Of a stretch of 64,000 nt of DNA, positions 51,648-60,149 are shown in pieces. The DNA comes from an uncultured delta proteobacterium (GTDB lineage: Bacteria; Desulfobacterota; Desulfobaccia; Desulfobaccales; 0-14-0-80-60-11). The stretch covers positions 1,376,001 through 1,440,000 of the forward strand of contig CAWETI010000002.1 of the NCBI GenBank assembly GCA_963812015.1. Reading direction: 5' to 3'. Each line of letters begins with the position of its first letter. Position 1 is the stretch's first letter. The position numbers were made by a program, and so were the translations under genes. The notes beneath the pieces were generated by a model. That model ran no database searches, was not told the DNA's origin, and worked only from the letters and a program-made list of their open reading frames with translations.

Positions 51648-52523
51648 TTAAAGGGTTTCTGTTAAGAACATCCTGATCCGTTCGGCGTTGGATTGCCAGG
51701 TGGACTTCGAGGGAATGTGAGGCCCCTCGAACACTTCCACTGCGGTGAGACTGGGGAGCAGTTCTTTGGCCCGACGCAGGGCAGGTTCTACCGGAATGAA
51801 AATATCTGATTTAGCCAGAAATAGCAGGGTTGGAGCCTTGAACCCCGATAGGGTTTCTTTATCGAACGGTCCTGGAGGGGCCACATTTAATTTGACGTAG
51901 CGGAAGGTTGCGTCGAACACCTGAAGGGAAAAGTCATCCGTCATGCCGGCCAAAGGCTGAACCGTGCCAAGCAGGCGCTCCCGGCTGGGAAAATAGCGAT
52001 ACAGCAGACAGGGGATGAAAAACTTGATGGTCGGACAGAGGAACGGGACCCGGGTGAGGCCGGCGGGCGCCACCAGGGCCGCCCGGGAGATGCGCTCCGG
52101 GGCATAAGAGGCCGTATCCAGGAGAATGCCTCCTCCGAAGGAAACCCCGATAAACGGAAGTCGTACGAGGCCCAGGCCGTTAAGGACGTCTACCATCCAT
52201 TTGCCGTAATTGTGGTCCCCGGGCGGCACCCGGGTCTGAGCGCTGCGGCCCGGTTGGCCGATGGGGTCCGGGGCGAAGAGCCGGTAGTCTCTGGTAAGGG
52301 GCAGGAAACATTCCAGGATGCGAGGCGACCCGGTGCTTATGCCGGTCAACACCATTACGGGCGGCGCATCTTGGGGGCCAGCTGCTAAGACATGGGTGTG
52401 GCCGAAGCGGGTTTCCACCACCCGGCTTTGAGTTTCAACGGCGAGACTGGCCAGCTTTTGCTCATAGAGGGCAATAAGTTCAGCTTCGCCCTGGGCGCTT
52501 CGGTAAATAGATGCAACGGACAT
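51648..52523 (-). CDS. Alpha/beta hydrolase
   Basis: TRFGHTHV, DPIGQPGRS, GVSFGG nucleophile elbow, C-terminal His. Confidence 0.88.
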   Translation of the reverse strand: MSVASIYRSAQGEAELIALYEQKLASLAVETQSRVVETRFGHTHVLAAGPQDAPPVMVLTGISTGSPRILECFLPLTRDYRLFAPDPIGQPGRSAQTRVPPGDHNYGKWMVDVLNGLGLVRLPFIGVSFGGGILLDTASYAPERISRAALVAPAGLTRVPFLCPTIKFFIPCLLYRYFPSRERLLGTVQPLAGMTDDFSLQVFDATFRYVKLNVAPPGPFDKETLSGFKAPTLLFLAKSDIFIPVEPALRRAKELLPSLTAVEVFEGPHIPSKSTWQSNAERIRMFLTETL

Positions 52524-52548
52524 GCGGTTTTTCCAGATACGTCTTCCC

Positions 52549-53877
52549 TTAAGCCAACGGCCCCAGGGTCTCACTTTCTTCCGGGGTGACCGGCTGCAGC
52601 ACCACCACGGTGCGGTTGTCCGCCCGGAGGTAGGTCCGGGCCACCCGGAGAATATCTGCGGCAGTGACCGCCTCCAGGGAACTGAGCACCTGGTTGGCTA
52701 GCTGCGCCTCCCCGGCCTTCAGGTGGCACAAACCTACCAGGAGCCCCCGGAAAAAATTGTGGGCCAGGGAGCGCACCCCTTGAGAACGCAGGAGTTTTTT
52801 AGCGCGGGCCAGTTCCGCCGGGGTCACGCCATCCTGCTGGAGCCGGTCCAGGGCGGCCCAGAGCTCCTGCTCCAACTCCGCCAGGGATTGGCCCGGGGTC
52901 GCCACCGCGGCGATCACCAGGAGATCGGGGTCCTGGGCCGAAAAGGGCACGGGGGCCAGTTCCACGTCCAGGGCGATCGCCTTGCCCTGCCGGACGAAAT
53001 CCTGGTGAAACCGGGAAGCCTTGCTCCCGGACAAGATGACGGCCAGCAGGTTCAAGGGGTAGAGGTCCGGGTGGCCAAACCCCACGATATGGAACCCGGC
53101 GAACAGGGCCTCCACCTGAGAGACCTTCTTGACGATGGCCCGGCGCTCGCCCCGCTGGGGCGGCTCCTCGACTTTGGGGTCGGGATTCGCGGCCGGGGCG
53201 GGAATTTGGCCGAAATACCGGTCCACCAGGTCCCGGGCCCGCTCCGGCTCCACGTCCCCGGCGATGACCACGGTGATCTTCCCGGGGTGGTAATGGCTGC
53301 GGTAGTATGCCAGGCAATCCTCCAGGGTCATGCGGTGCAGGTCCTGGTCCCAGCCCACCACCGGCCAATTATAGGGGTGCTGGGTATAGGCGGTGGCGAA
53401 TAATTGCTCTTCCACCAACCCGAAGGGGCTGTCCACCGAGCGCAGTTTCCGTTCGCTGATGACCACCTGGCGCTCCGGCTGGAAGGTGTCGTCGTCCAGT
53501 TTTAAATTAATGAGGCGATCAGCCTCCAGTTGCAGGCCCAATTCCAGGTGCGCCGCGGGCAGATTTTCGAAGTAGGAGGTGTGGTCCCGGGTGGTGAAGG
53601 CGTTGATCTCCCCGCCCTTGGCCTGGAGGATGCGGGAGAATTCCTCGGGACCCAGGGTCTCCGTGCCCCGGAACATGAGATGCTCGAAGAGGTGGGAAAT
53701 GCCGGTAATGCCCGGCAGCTCGTGGCGGGACCCCACCTTATAGTGAATCTGCAGGGAGACGATGGGCAAACGGTGATCCGGAAGCACGAACAGGGTGAGG
53801 CCGTTGGCCAGGGTAAAGCGCTCCAGGGTGATTTCGGGCTGCCAAGCGGCCGGATCAAAGTTCCGGGATAGGGTCAT
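52549..53877 (-). CDS. M16B peptidase, catalytic subunit
   Basis: GISHLFEHLMF (HXXEH), NAFT, ERQVVISER, HPY. Confidence 0.93.
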   Translation of the reverse strand: MTLSRNFDPAAWQPEITLERFTLANGLTLFVLPDHRLPIVSLQIHYKVGSRHELPGITGISHLFEHLMFRGTETLGPEEFSRILQAKGGEINAFTTRDHTSYFENLPAAHLELGLQLEADRLINLKLDDDTFQPERQVVISERKLRSVDSPFGLVEEQLFATAYTQHPYNWPVVGWDQDLHRMTLEDCLAYYRSHYHPGKITVVIAGDVEPERARDLVDRYFGQIPAPAANPDPKVEEPPQRGERRAIVKKVSQVEALFAGFHIVGFGHPDLYPLNLLAVILSGSKASRFHQDFVRQGKAIALDVELAPVPFSAQDPDLLVIAAVATPGQSLAELEQELWAALDRLQQDGVTPAELARAKKLLRSQGVRSLAHNFFRGLLVGLCHLKAGEAQLANQVLSSLEAVTAADILRVARTYLRADNRTVVVLQPVTPEESETLGPLA

Positions 53878-53956
53878 TAAAATTCCTCCTCAATACGTTA
53901 GAGGCTAGTTAAAGAAATTGGGGAAAAGGTCTTAAAAATTATGGTTTTCACCCTTT

Positions 53957-54910
53957 TTATTTAGCCGGTGGATAGCCGCTCCATTTTCTGGCCAGGGTCT
54001 CGTCCACTTCCACCCGTAACGGAGTCATTTCCACAATCGGGATGGCCTTGGGCCGCTCCCCCGCCAGGACCCGCCGGGCCAGGCCGGCCAGGTCTTCCCC
54101 CAGGCGGCGGTAATCCAGGGCCACCCACAACACAGCCCCCTGGTGCGGCTCATCGGGGGCGCCGCTCACCACCCTGACCTTCATGCGGCGGCCCCAGTCC
54201 AGGGCCAGGGGCGCATAGCGCGCGGCGCTTTCGGCCGGGGGCAGATAGATGACCCGGGCTCCCCGATTCATCAGCCGCTCCAGGCCGACTGCGTCGGTGG
54301 CGGCCGCGGCGCTGGTCTCGGTCAAGGGCTGCACCCCGAAGCGCGGCGCCTCGGTCTCGAAACGCCGGGCGAAATCCGCGGCCATCCCGTCGGTGGGGTC
54401 ATAGAGGAGACCCCAGGCGCCTTGCCCCAGCAGGCTGGCGCCGTGCTGCAGCGCCGCATCCAGGGGCGCCGGGGACGCAATGCCGGTGACGTTCTCCTGG
54501 TGAATGCCGGGGTGGGCCGGATCATAAGCGGCTTTGGTAAAATAAGGGTTGGCCACCAGGCCGAAGATCACGGGAATCTGTTTCACCACCGGGGCCACCC
54601 AGAGGAGCGCCGGGGTGCCCAGCACCACCAAGAGCCGGGGACGGGTCTCTCGCACGCGGCGCAGAGTTTCCTGCCCCTGAGGCCCGAACTCCGGGACCAA
54701 AACCACTTCCACGGGTCCTGCCCCCAGTTTGGCCTTAAATCCGGCCACCGTCTGGCGCAGCCTGGGGGAATCCGGGGAGCCGAAGACGATGATGGGACCC
54801 GGGGCGCGGCTGCAGCTGGTCAAGGTCACCAAACCCATAAGCAGCAGGGTGCGGAGAAGTTTTCGGTTTTCGGTTTTCGGTTTTCGGTTAAAGGCTTGGG
54901 GTTGTAACAT
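53957..54910 (-). CDS. ABC-type substrate-binding lipoprotein
   Basis: Lipobox LTSC, LVVLGTPA, PVIFGLV, ENVTGI, LARRVLAGERP. Confidence 0.75.
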   Translation of the reverse strand: MLQPQAFNRKPKTENRKLLRTLLLMGLVTLTSCSRAPGPIIVFGSPDSPRLRQTVAGFKAKLGAGPVEVVLVPEFGPQGQETLRRVRETRPRLLVVLGTPALLWVAPVVKQIPVIFGLVANPYFTKAAYDPAHPGIHQENVTGIASPAPLDAALQHGASLLGQGAWGLLYDPTDGMAADFARRFETEAPRFGVQPLTETSAAAATDAVGLERLMNRGARVIYLPPAESAARYAPLALDWGRRMKVRVVSGAPDEPHQGAVLWVALDYRRLGEDLAGLARRVLAGERPKAIPIVEMTPLRVEVDETLARKWSGYPPAK

Positions 54911-55015
54911 ACTCACAGGGCAAGCGTTCCCAAAAAACCTGGTTAAAACAGTTCTAACCGCAATGGCGACAGGCCGTGAATAGGTGGCTCACGTTACCTG
55001 AAAACCGGAAACCGG
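54858..55015. repeat. Inverted pair of 7-mer arms bracketing about 105 nt between lepB and the ABC lipoprotein
   Basis: GTTTTCG x4 at 54859-54889 and CTGAAAA CCGGAAA CCGG at 54998-55015. Confidence 0.75.
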
Positions 55016-55029
55016 CCCAATGAGCCACC

Positions 55030-55767
55030 CTAAGGGATAAACATGCCGATGCGCTGCCAGCGTAGCCTAAAGTCATTGCTATTCCAGGATAAATGGTAAA
55101 TAAGCCCCTTGAGCCCCCCCAGAAAGGCCTCGTAGATGGACTGGCCTGAAGGTCCCTGCCAGGAAAAATAAATGATGACCGCCTTGCCCCGGAAATTATC
55201 CATGGGCACAAAGCCCCAGAAACGGCTGTCATAACTGTGATCCCGGTTGTCCCCCATGCAAAAATAAGAGTTAGCCGGCACCACCAACGGGCCCATGTTG
55301 TCCCGGCCCGAGTCGGTGGGGCGCTGCGGAGGCGGCATAATCAAAGGATCGTCATAGACCGCCTGGGGGGTCTCAAACAATTTACCGTTGATGAAGATTT
55401 TTTTATTGGTGATCTGAACGCGGTCGCCGGGCAGGCCGATAACCCGTTTGATATAGTCTTTGGTGGGGTCCTGGGGAAAGATAAAGACCACCACATCCCC
55501 TCGCTGAGGCGTGCCGATGGGAATCCAGACCTTGTTGGTTAATGGGTTGCGGAGGCCATAGGCAAACTTGTTCACCAGGAGATAGTCGCCGATGAGCAAG
55601 GTCGGTTGCATGGAGCCGGAGGGAATGGAAAAGGCCTGTACTAAAAAGGCCCGGATCACCAGGGCCAGGATAAAGGCGATGAACAAGGCCTCCCCGTATT
55701 CCCGCCAAAAAGGCTTCTTCAGGGAACCGGGGCGCGCACCAGAGTCTCTTGGGGTCATGGATAGCAT
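55030..55767 (-). CDS. lepB: Signal peptidase I
   Basis: IPSGSMQPTL, DYIKRVIGLPGD, GDNRDHSYDSRFWG. Confidence 0.97.
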   Translation of the reverse strand: MLSMTPRDSGARPGSLKKPFWREYGEALFIAFILALVIRAFLVQAFSIPSGSMQPTLLIGDYLLVNKFAYGLRNPLTNKVWIPIGTPQRGDVVVFIFPQDPTKDYIKRVIGLPGDRVQITNKKIFINGKLFETPQAVYDDPLIMPPPQRPTDSGRDNMGPLVVPANSYFCMGDNRDHSYDSRFWGFVPMDNFRGKAVIIYFSWQGPSGQSIYEAFLGGLKGLIYHLSWNSNDFRLRWQRIGMFIP

Positions 55768-55822
55768 AGGGGACTTTTCAGGGGAGAGGCTGCGGTGAAC
55801 AGCCCGTCCCGTAGCAGCTGTC

Positions 55823-55984
55823 TTAATCCACCGGCTGGAATTGATCTTGAGTGGCGCCGCAAATTGGGCAGACCCATTCCGGCGGCAATTTATCGAACGG
55901 GGTGTTGGGATGAACGTGGTTATCCGGGTCTCCCTGGGCAGGGTCGTAGATATAACCGCAAATCTGACATTGGTATTGTTTCAT
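55823..55984 (-). CDS. Rubredoxin (53 aa; absent from the ORF track)
   Basis: My translation: [61 protein letters not shown]. Confidence 0.95.
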   Translation of the reverse strand: MKQYQCQICGYIYDPAQGDPDNHVHPNTPFDKLPPEWVCPICGATQDQFQPVD

Positions 55985-55998
55985 GGCGCTCTCCTCGG

Positions 55999-56631
55999 CT
56001 AGGAAAGGTTATCCCGGGCCAGACCCCGAATCAGGTCAGGGCCCGCGGCGAACGAATCCAGGTAATAGTCGGCGGTCAACTCGGGGTTGCGGTAGGCCAC
56101 AAACGGCACTCCGGCATTAGCGGCGAATTCCTCATCCACTCGGGAATCGCCGATGTAAATGGCTTCATGGGGCTCCAGGGCAAAGTGCTTCAGGATGCGC
56201 TCAAAGGATTCCGGGTGCGGTTTGGGGCGGCTGACGTCCTGGGCCGACACCACCAAGTCGAAGTCCTCCGTCAAGCCGTGGTAGGTAAGCACCGCCCGGG
56301 TGGTGGTGGTGCGGTTGGTGGCCAGGGCCGTGTACCGGCCGGGGCGCAAGAACCGGAGAAACTCCCGGAGGAACGGCTCCTCCACCATCATGGCGATGAA
56401 GGGGCTGTAATCGAAACTGCGGGCGAAGCGAAACACGGCCTCCAGGTCGGCATAGCCCTGGAAGATGTGCTCCAAGGATTCCCCCACGGTGTGGCTGTGA
56501 ATATAGTCCACAGACTCGGGGCTCAGGGCGGGCCGGCCAAAGTTGGCGAGGATGCTCGTGTAGAAGGCGATATTGGCCTGTCGTGAATCAAACAAGACCC
56601 CGTCGCAATCAAAGGCTACCAGTTTGGTCAA
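55999..56631 (-). CDS. HAD-family hydrolase
   Basis: [23 protein letters not shown]; probable TTG start. Confidence 0.9.
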   Translation of the reverse strand: MTKLVAFDCDGVLFDSRQANIAFYTSILANFGRPALSPESVDYIHSHTVGESLEHIFQGYADLEAVFRFARSFDYSPFIAMMVEEPFLREFLRFLRPGRYTALATNRTTTTRAVLTYHGLTEDFDLVVSAQDVSRPKPHPESFERILKHFALEPHEAIYIGDSRVDEEFAANAGVPFVAYRNPELTADYYLDSFAAGPDLIRGLARDNLS

Positions 56632-56932
56632 GTTATCGTTCCATGATGTCGGGCGAACCGATTTGGCCCGGGGGATCATTGCCGCCCGGGGCGGCAGCGC
56701 CATTTTTAATAAAATATAAATATTATCAGATTATTGTCAATTATCAATGCCGGCCAGAAAAAAGGGCCAAGGTTCTCGGCGGCAGAAAGGTTGGAAAAAG
56801 GTTTTTTTCGACTTTTCCCAAGGTTAGCTCCCAGGCGCTTGCAGGGCTTGGGGCCCGGGGGAGGTGCCACCCAGACCTCCGAGACGGTTTTCTCCTTGAT
56901 TTTCAGGCCCGGTTCTCCCAGAATCATACCTC

Positions 56933-58051
56933 ATGATGCCTATCCCATTGAACCCTCGTCTGGCGGCCCTCAGGGAGCTGCTCCCCTCCCATGGAGTTGA
57001 CGCCCTTCTGGTTTTAGGTCCCGAAAATCGCCGCTACCTGAGCGGGTTTACCGCCACCGACCCCGACTGGGGCATGCTCCTGATCACCCCGGAGGCGGCC
57101 CTGCTGGTCACCGATTTCCGCTACCAGGTTTGGGCCCAACAGGAAGTCCGGGATTTTGAGGTGCACCTCTACAAATTCGACTTGGGGGAAACCCTGGGGG
57201 AGTTCCTCAAGGATCTGAAGGTGGGACGGTTGGGTTTTGAAGCGGCGCATCTCACCTACCATCAGTACCAGCGTCTGACCCAGGCCGTAAGCGGGGCGGG
57301 GCTCACGGTGACCTGGCAACCCCTGGAAGGGCTGGTGGAGGGTTTGCGGCAGTGGAAGAGCGAGGCCGAACTGGCCATCATGCGGCAGGCATTGGAACTG
57401 ACCGAAAACGTGATGCTCCAGGTGGCCGGGGAGCTCGCCCCGGGCCTGACGGAACGCCAGGTGGCCTGGGAGATCGAAAAACGCCTCCGGGAAGGCGGGG
57501 CCGAGGATATGGCCTTTCCTCCCATCGTGGCGGCCGGGGCCAATAGCGCCCGGCCCCATCACCACCCCGGGGACTACCGCCTCAAGGCCGGAGAACCCAT
57601 CATCATCGACATGGGGGCCCGGATAGACGGTTACTGCGCCGATATGACCCGCACCTTTATTATAGGGCCTGCCGATGACCACTTCAGGAAAATCTACTCC
57701 CTGGTGCGCCGGGCCCAGGCCCGGGCGGAGGCCGAACTCAAGGCCGGCATGGACAGCCTGGCGGGGGATGCCTTGGCGCGGGAAGTGATCGCCGCCGGCG
57801 GCTATGGCGAGGCCTTCGGCCACTCCCTGGGGCATGGGGTGGGGTTGGCGGTGCATGAGTCTCCCAGCCTGAGCCCCTCCGAAGCCAGGCGAGGCGTGCT
57901 CCCGGCCGGGTGCGTGGTGACGGTGGAACCGGGTATCTACCTCACCGGCTGGGGGGGCGTCCGCCTGGAGAATATGGTGCTGCTCCACCCCGAGGGGGCC
58001 GAGGTGTTGAATAAACCCGGATATTTTTACGATTTCGGAATGGATGCTTAG
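56933..58051 (+). CDS. Xaa-Pro aminopeptidase (M24)
   Basis: NRRYLSGF, DMGA, YCADMTRT, HSLGHGVGLAVHE, TVEPGIY, GVRLE. Confidence 0.95.
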   Translation: MMPIPLNPRLAALRELLPSHGVDALLVLGPENRRYLSGFTATDPDWGMLLITPEAALLVTDFRYQVWAQQEVRDFEVHLYKFDLGETLGEFLKDLKVGRLGFEAAHLTYHQYQRLTQAVSGAGLTVTWQPLEGLVEGLRQWKSEAELAIMRQALELTENVMLQVAGELAPGLTERQVAWEIEKRLREGGAEDMAFPPIVAAGANSARPHHHPGDYRLKAGEPIIIDMGARIDGYCADMTRTFIIGPADDHFRKIYSLVRRAQARAEAELKAGMDSLAGDALAREVIAAGGYGEAFGHSLGHGVGLAVHESPSLSPSEARRGVLPAGCVVTVEPGIYLTGWGGVRLENMVLLHPEGAEVLNKPGYFYDFGMDA

Positions 58052-58206
58052 GGGGCTGCCGGCGAAAAACTCCCGTGGCGCTCAGAAATAAATCTGCAAA
58101 AAGATCCGTTCCCTTCCCCCTGGAGATAGGAGGGCCGGGGTGGGGGGGCAAAGCATAAGCTGGGTGACAAGATGACCGGAACCTCTCTTCTCCTGGCATC
58201 CTCTGA

Positions 58207-58509
58207 TTACTTCGCTCTTCTCCCGATTTCCCAGGGAGTGGAGAAATCCAAGCCCACCAGAAAGTGTTCCGGTTTCGAAGGGTGGGGGAGAACCCAGACT
58301 ACATGGCCTCTGCGGTGAATCTCTTTGGCCATGTCCGGCAGGATAAAACTGAATTCTACCGGGTCCCCGGAGTTGTACCGGATCGGGGTTTCAATTTTAG
58401 CCCCGGTCTCGCTTACGTTTAATAAATAGGTGCCACCCATAGGTTGGTTGTTAATCTCTTTTATTTCTAAAAAGACGGATATACGCTTATCCCGACGTCT
58501 CTCCTCCAT
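58207..58509 (-). CDS. PilZ-domain protein
   Basis: RRDKR (RxxxR) and NVSETG (N/DxSxxG). Confidence 0.88.
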   Translation of the reverse strand: MEERRRDKRISVFLEIKEINNQPMGGTYLLNVSETGAKIETPIRYNSGDPVEFSFILPDMAKEIHRRGHVVWVLPHPSKPEHFLVGLDFSTPWEIGRRAK

Positions 58510-58547
58510 TTCGCACCCTCCTTGGTAAATGCGGCATCATCCAGGTT

Positions 58548-59102
58548 TCACCCCACCGACCGGTCCCGGGCCTGGATGTCGCAGATCATGACCACCAGGT
58601 CGCTGCTCTTGCCGGCCGGGTCCTTGACCAGGTCTTCGAACACGGCTTTCACCGAAAACCCGGCCTTCTTGAAAGCGTTAAAAGCGCCTACGGCCTGGAG
58701 GTGAATCTCGGCTATCAGCTTTTCCAGGCCGAATTCCCCGGCCAGTTCGACAATTTCGTTGATCAGAAGGGTGCCCAGTCCCCGGCCCTGGTAGTCTTTG
58801 GCCACCACCACCCGGACATTGCCCAGATGGCGCTTCCATCCCACCTTGCGCATGTGGAGGGTGACGTCCCCGACGATCCGACCATCGGCTTCCGCCACCA
58901 GGGGAAAGACCCGGTGATAGTCGATGTGGTTCACCCAGTGGTCGATCACGGCGGGGTCCCGCACGTCACTGCGCAGGAAGCTCAATTCTTTGGCATCGAG
59001 ACCCTGGAAGAATTTCAGCAGCATTTCCCGGTCTTCCTTGACTAAAGGCCTCAGCTTGACCCGAGAACCGTCTTTCAACACCCCCTCTTTGGAGTAAGCC
59101 AT
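58548..59102 (-). CDS. GNAT acetyltransferase
   Basis: LKDGSRVKLRPL, DYQGRGLGT. Confidence 0.88.
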   Translation of the reverse strand: MAYSKEGVLKDGSRVKLRPLVKEDREMLLKFFQGLDAKELSFLRSDVRDPAVIDHWVNHIDYHRVFPLVAEADGRIVGDVTLHMRKVGWKRHLGNVRVVVAKDYQGRGLGTLLINEIVELAGEFGLEKLIAEIHLQAVGAFNAFKKAGFSVKAVFEDLVKDPAGKSSDLVVMICDIQARDRSVG

Positions 59103-59127
59103 CACCTCGCCCCCCTTTGGTGTAAGA

Positions 59128-59201
59128 GCTATCAACTATCACCAGTCAGCCAAAAACTAAAAACCAAAAAACCAAAAACCGACTGCTCACTGTTAACCGC
59201 T
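59128..59201. repeat. 7-mer-periodic repeat tract after the metallophosphoesterase stop
   Basis: CTATCAA CTATCAC CAGTCAG CCAAAAA CTAAAAA CCAAAAA ACCAAAAA CCGACTG CTCACTG. Confidence 0.65.
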
Positions 59202-59206
59202 TGGTT

Positions 59207-59950
59207 CTAAGCCCCCTGGGCCAGGCGCTCTGCCAGAAAATGAGGCAGCCCGGCGGCCAGGATGCGGCGTTGAGCCCCGCCAATATCATAAGGGGCAGTC
59301 TTAAAATGAATGGAAAAATCCTCGTCGTCAAAGATGGCGTAAGCCGCTTCGGGGGTGCCGTCCCGGGGTTGGCCCACGCTGCCGGGGTTGATGAGATAGT
59401 GTTCCTCCGGGGATAACCCCATCTTGGCGGGAGAAATCTTACGCAGGGCCACCGTGCCCCGAATATCCCGGTACCACAGGGCGCGCCGGTGAGTGTGGCC
59501 GAAGAAGCACACCCGGAGGTCAGGGAGATTGCGTAACTGTTTGAGGACCCGTTTTCCCTGAAAGTGGTAGGCGATATAGGTGTCGGGGTTGGAGGGGGTG
59601 CCGTGGCAGGCCAGAAATGAGCCTGGCTCCTCCCGGAGTAAAGGCAGGCCTTGCAGAAATTCCAGAAATTCGGGGCGAATCTGCCGGCGGCACCACATCA
59701 AGGCCTCATAGGCGATGATATTAAAATTTTGGGCCCGTTCAGGATCGAGCACCGCCAGGTCATGGTTACCCGCCAGGCTCCAGATGTTGCGGTTCTGGAG
59801 CAACTCCAGGCACTCATTGGGGCTGGCGTTGTAGCCTACCAGGTCGCCCAGGTTCAAAATGGCCTCCACTCCCTCCAGGTCGATCTGGGCCAGCACGCTG
59901 TCCAGGGCTTCAAAATTACTATGGATATCGGCGATAATGGCCAGGCGCAT
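59207..59950 (-). CDS. Metallophosphoesterase (calcineurin-like)
   Basis: DIHSN, GDLVGY, GNHD, HG, GHTH, NPGSVGQPRD. Confidence 0.95.
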   Translation of the reverse strand: MRLAIIADIHSNFEALDSVLAQIDLEGVEAILNLGDLVGYNASPNECLELLQNRNIWSLAGNHDLAVLDPERAQNFNIIAYEALMWCRRQIRPEFLEFLQGLPLLREEPGSFLACHGTPSNPDTYIAYHFQGKRVLKQLRNLPDLRVCFFGHTHRRALWYRDIRGTVALRKISPAKMGLSPEEHYLINPGSVGQPRDGTPEAAYAIFDDEDFSIHFKTAPYDIGGAQRRILAAGLPHFLAERLAQGA

Positions 59951-59954
59951 GATA

Positions 59955-59980
59955 AGCTTTCGGTTTCCGGTTTTTGGTGA
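59955..59980. repeat. 7-mer arm just before the metallophosphoesterase start
   Basis: AGCTTT CGGTTTC CGGTTTT TGGTGA; complementary to 59150-59180. Confidence 0.6.
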
Positions 59981-60149
59981 GGAGTACCACGCACTCACCC
60001 TCTTCTTATTCTTGCGTAAATATCCAAATAATCAACGCATTTTTTAGGGATAGCCTGAGAATCGTCAATTTTTTTGGGGGGTGACCGGAATCCGGCGACT
60101 CGACCACCTTCCTTGACTTTTCCAGGGATTTTGTTACCTTTTGGCCACC

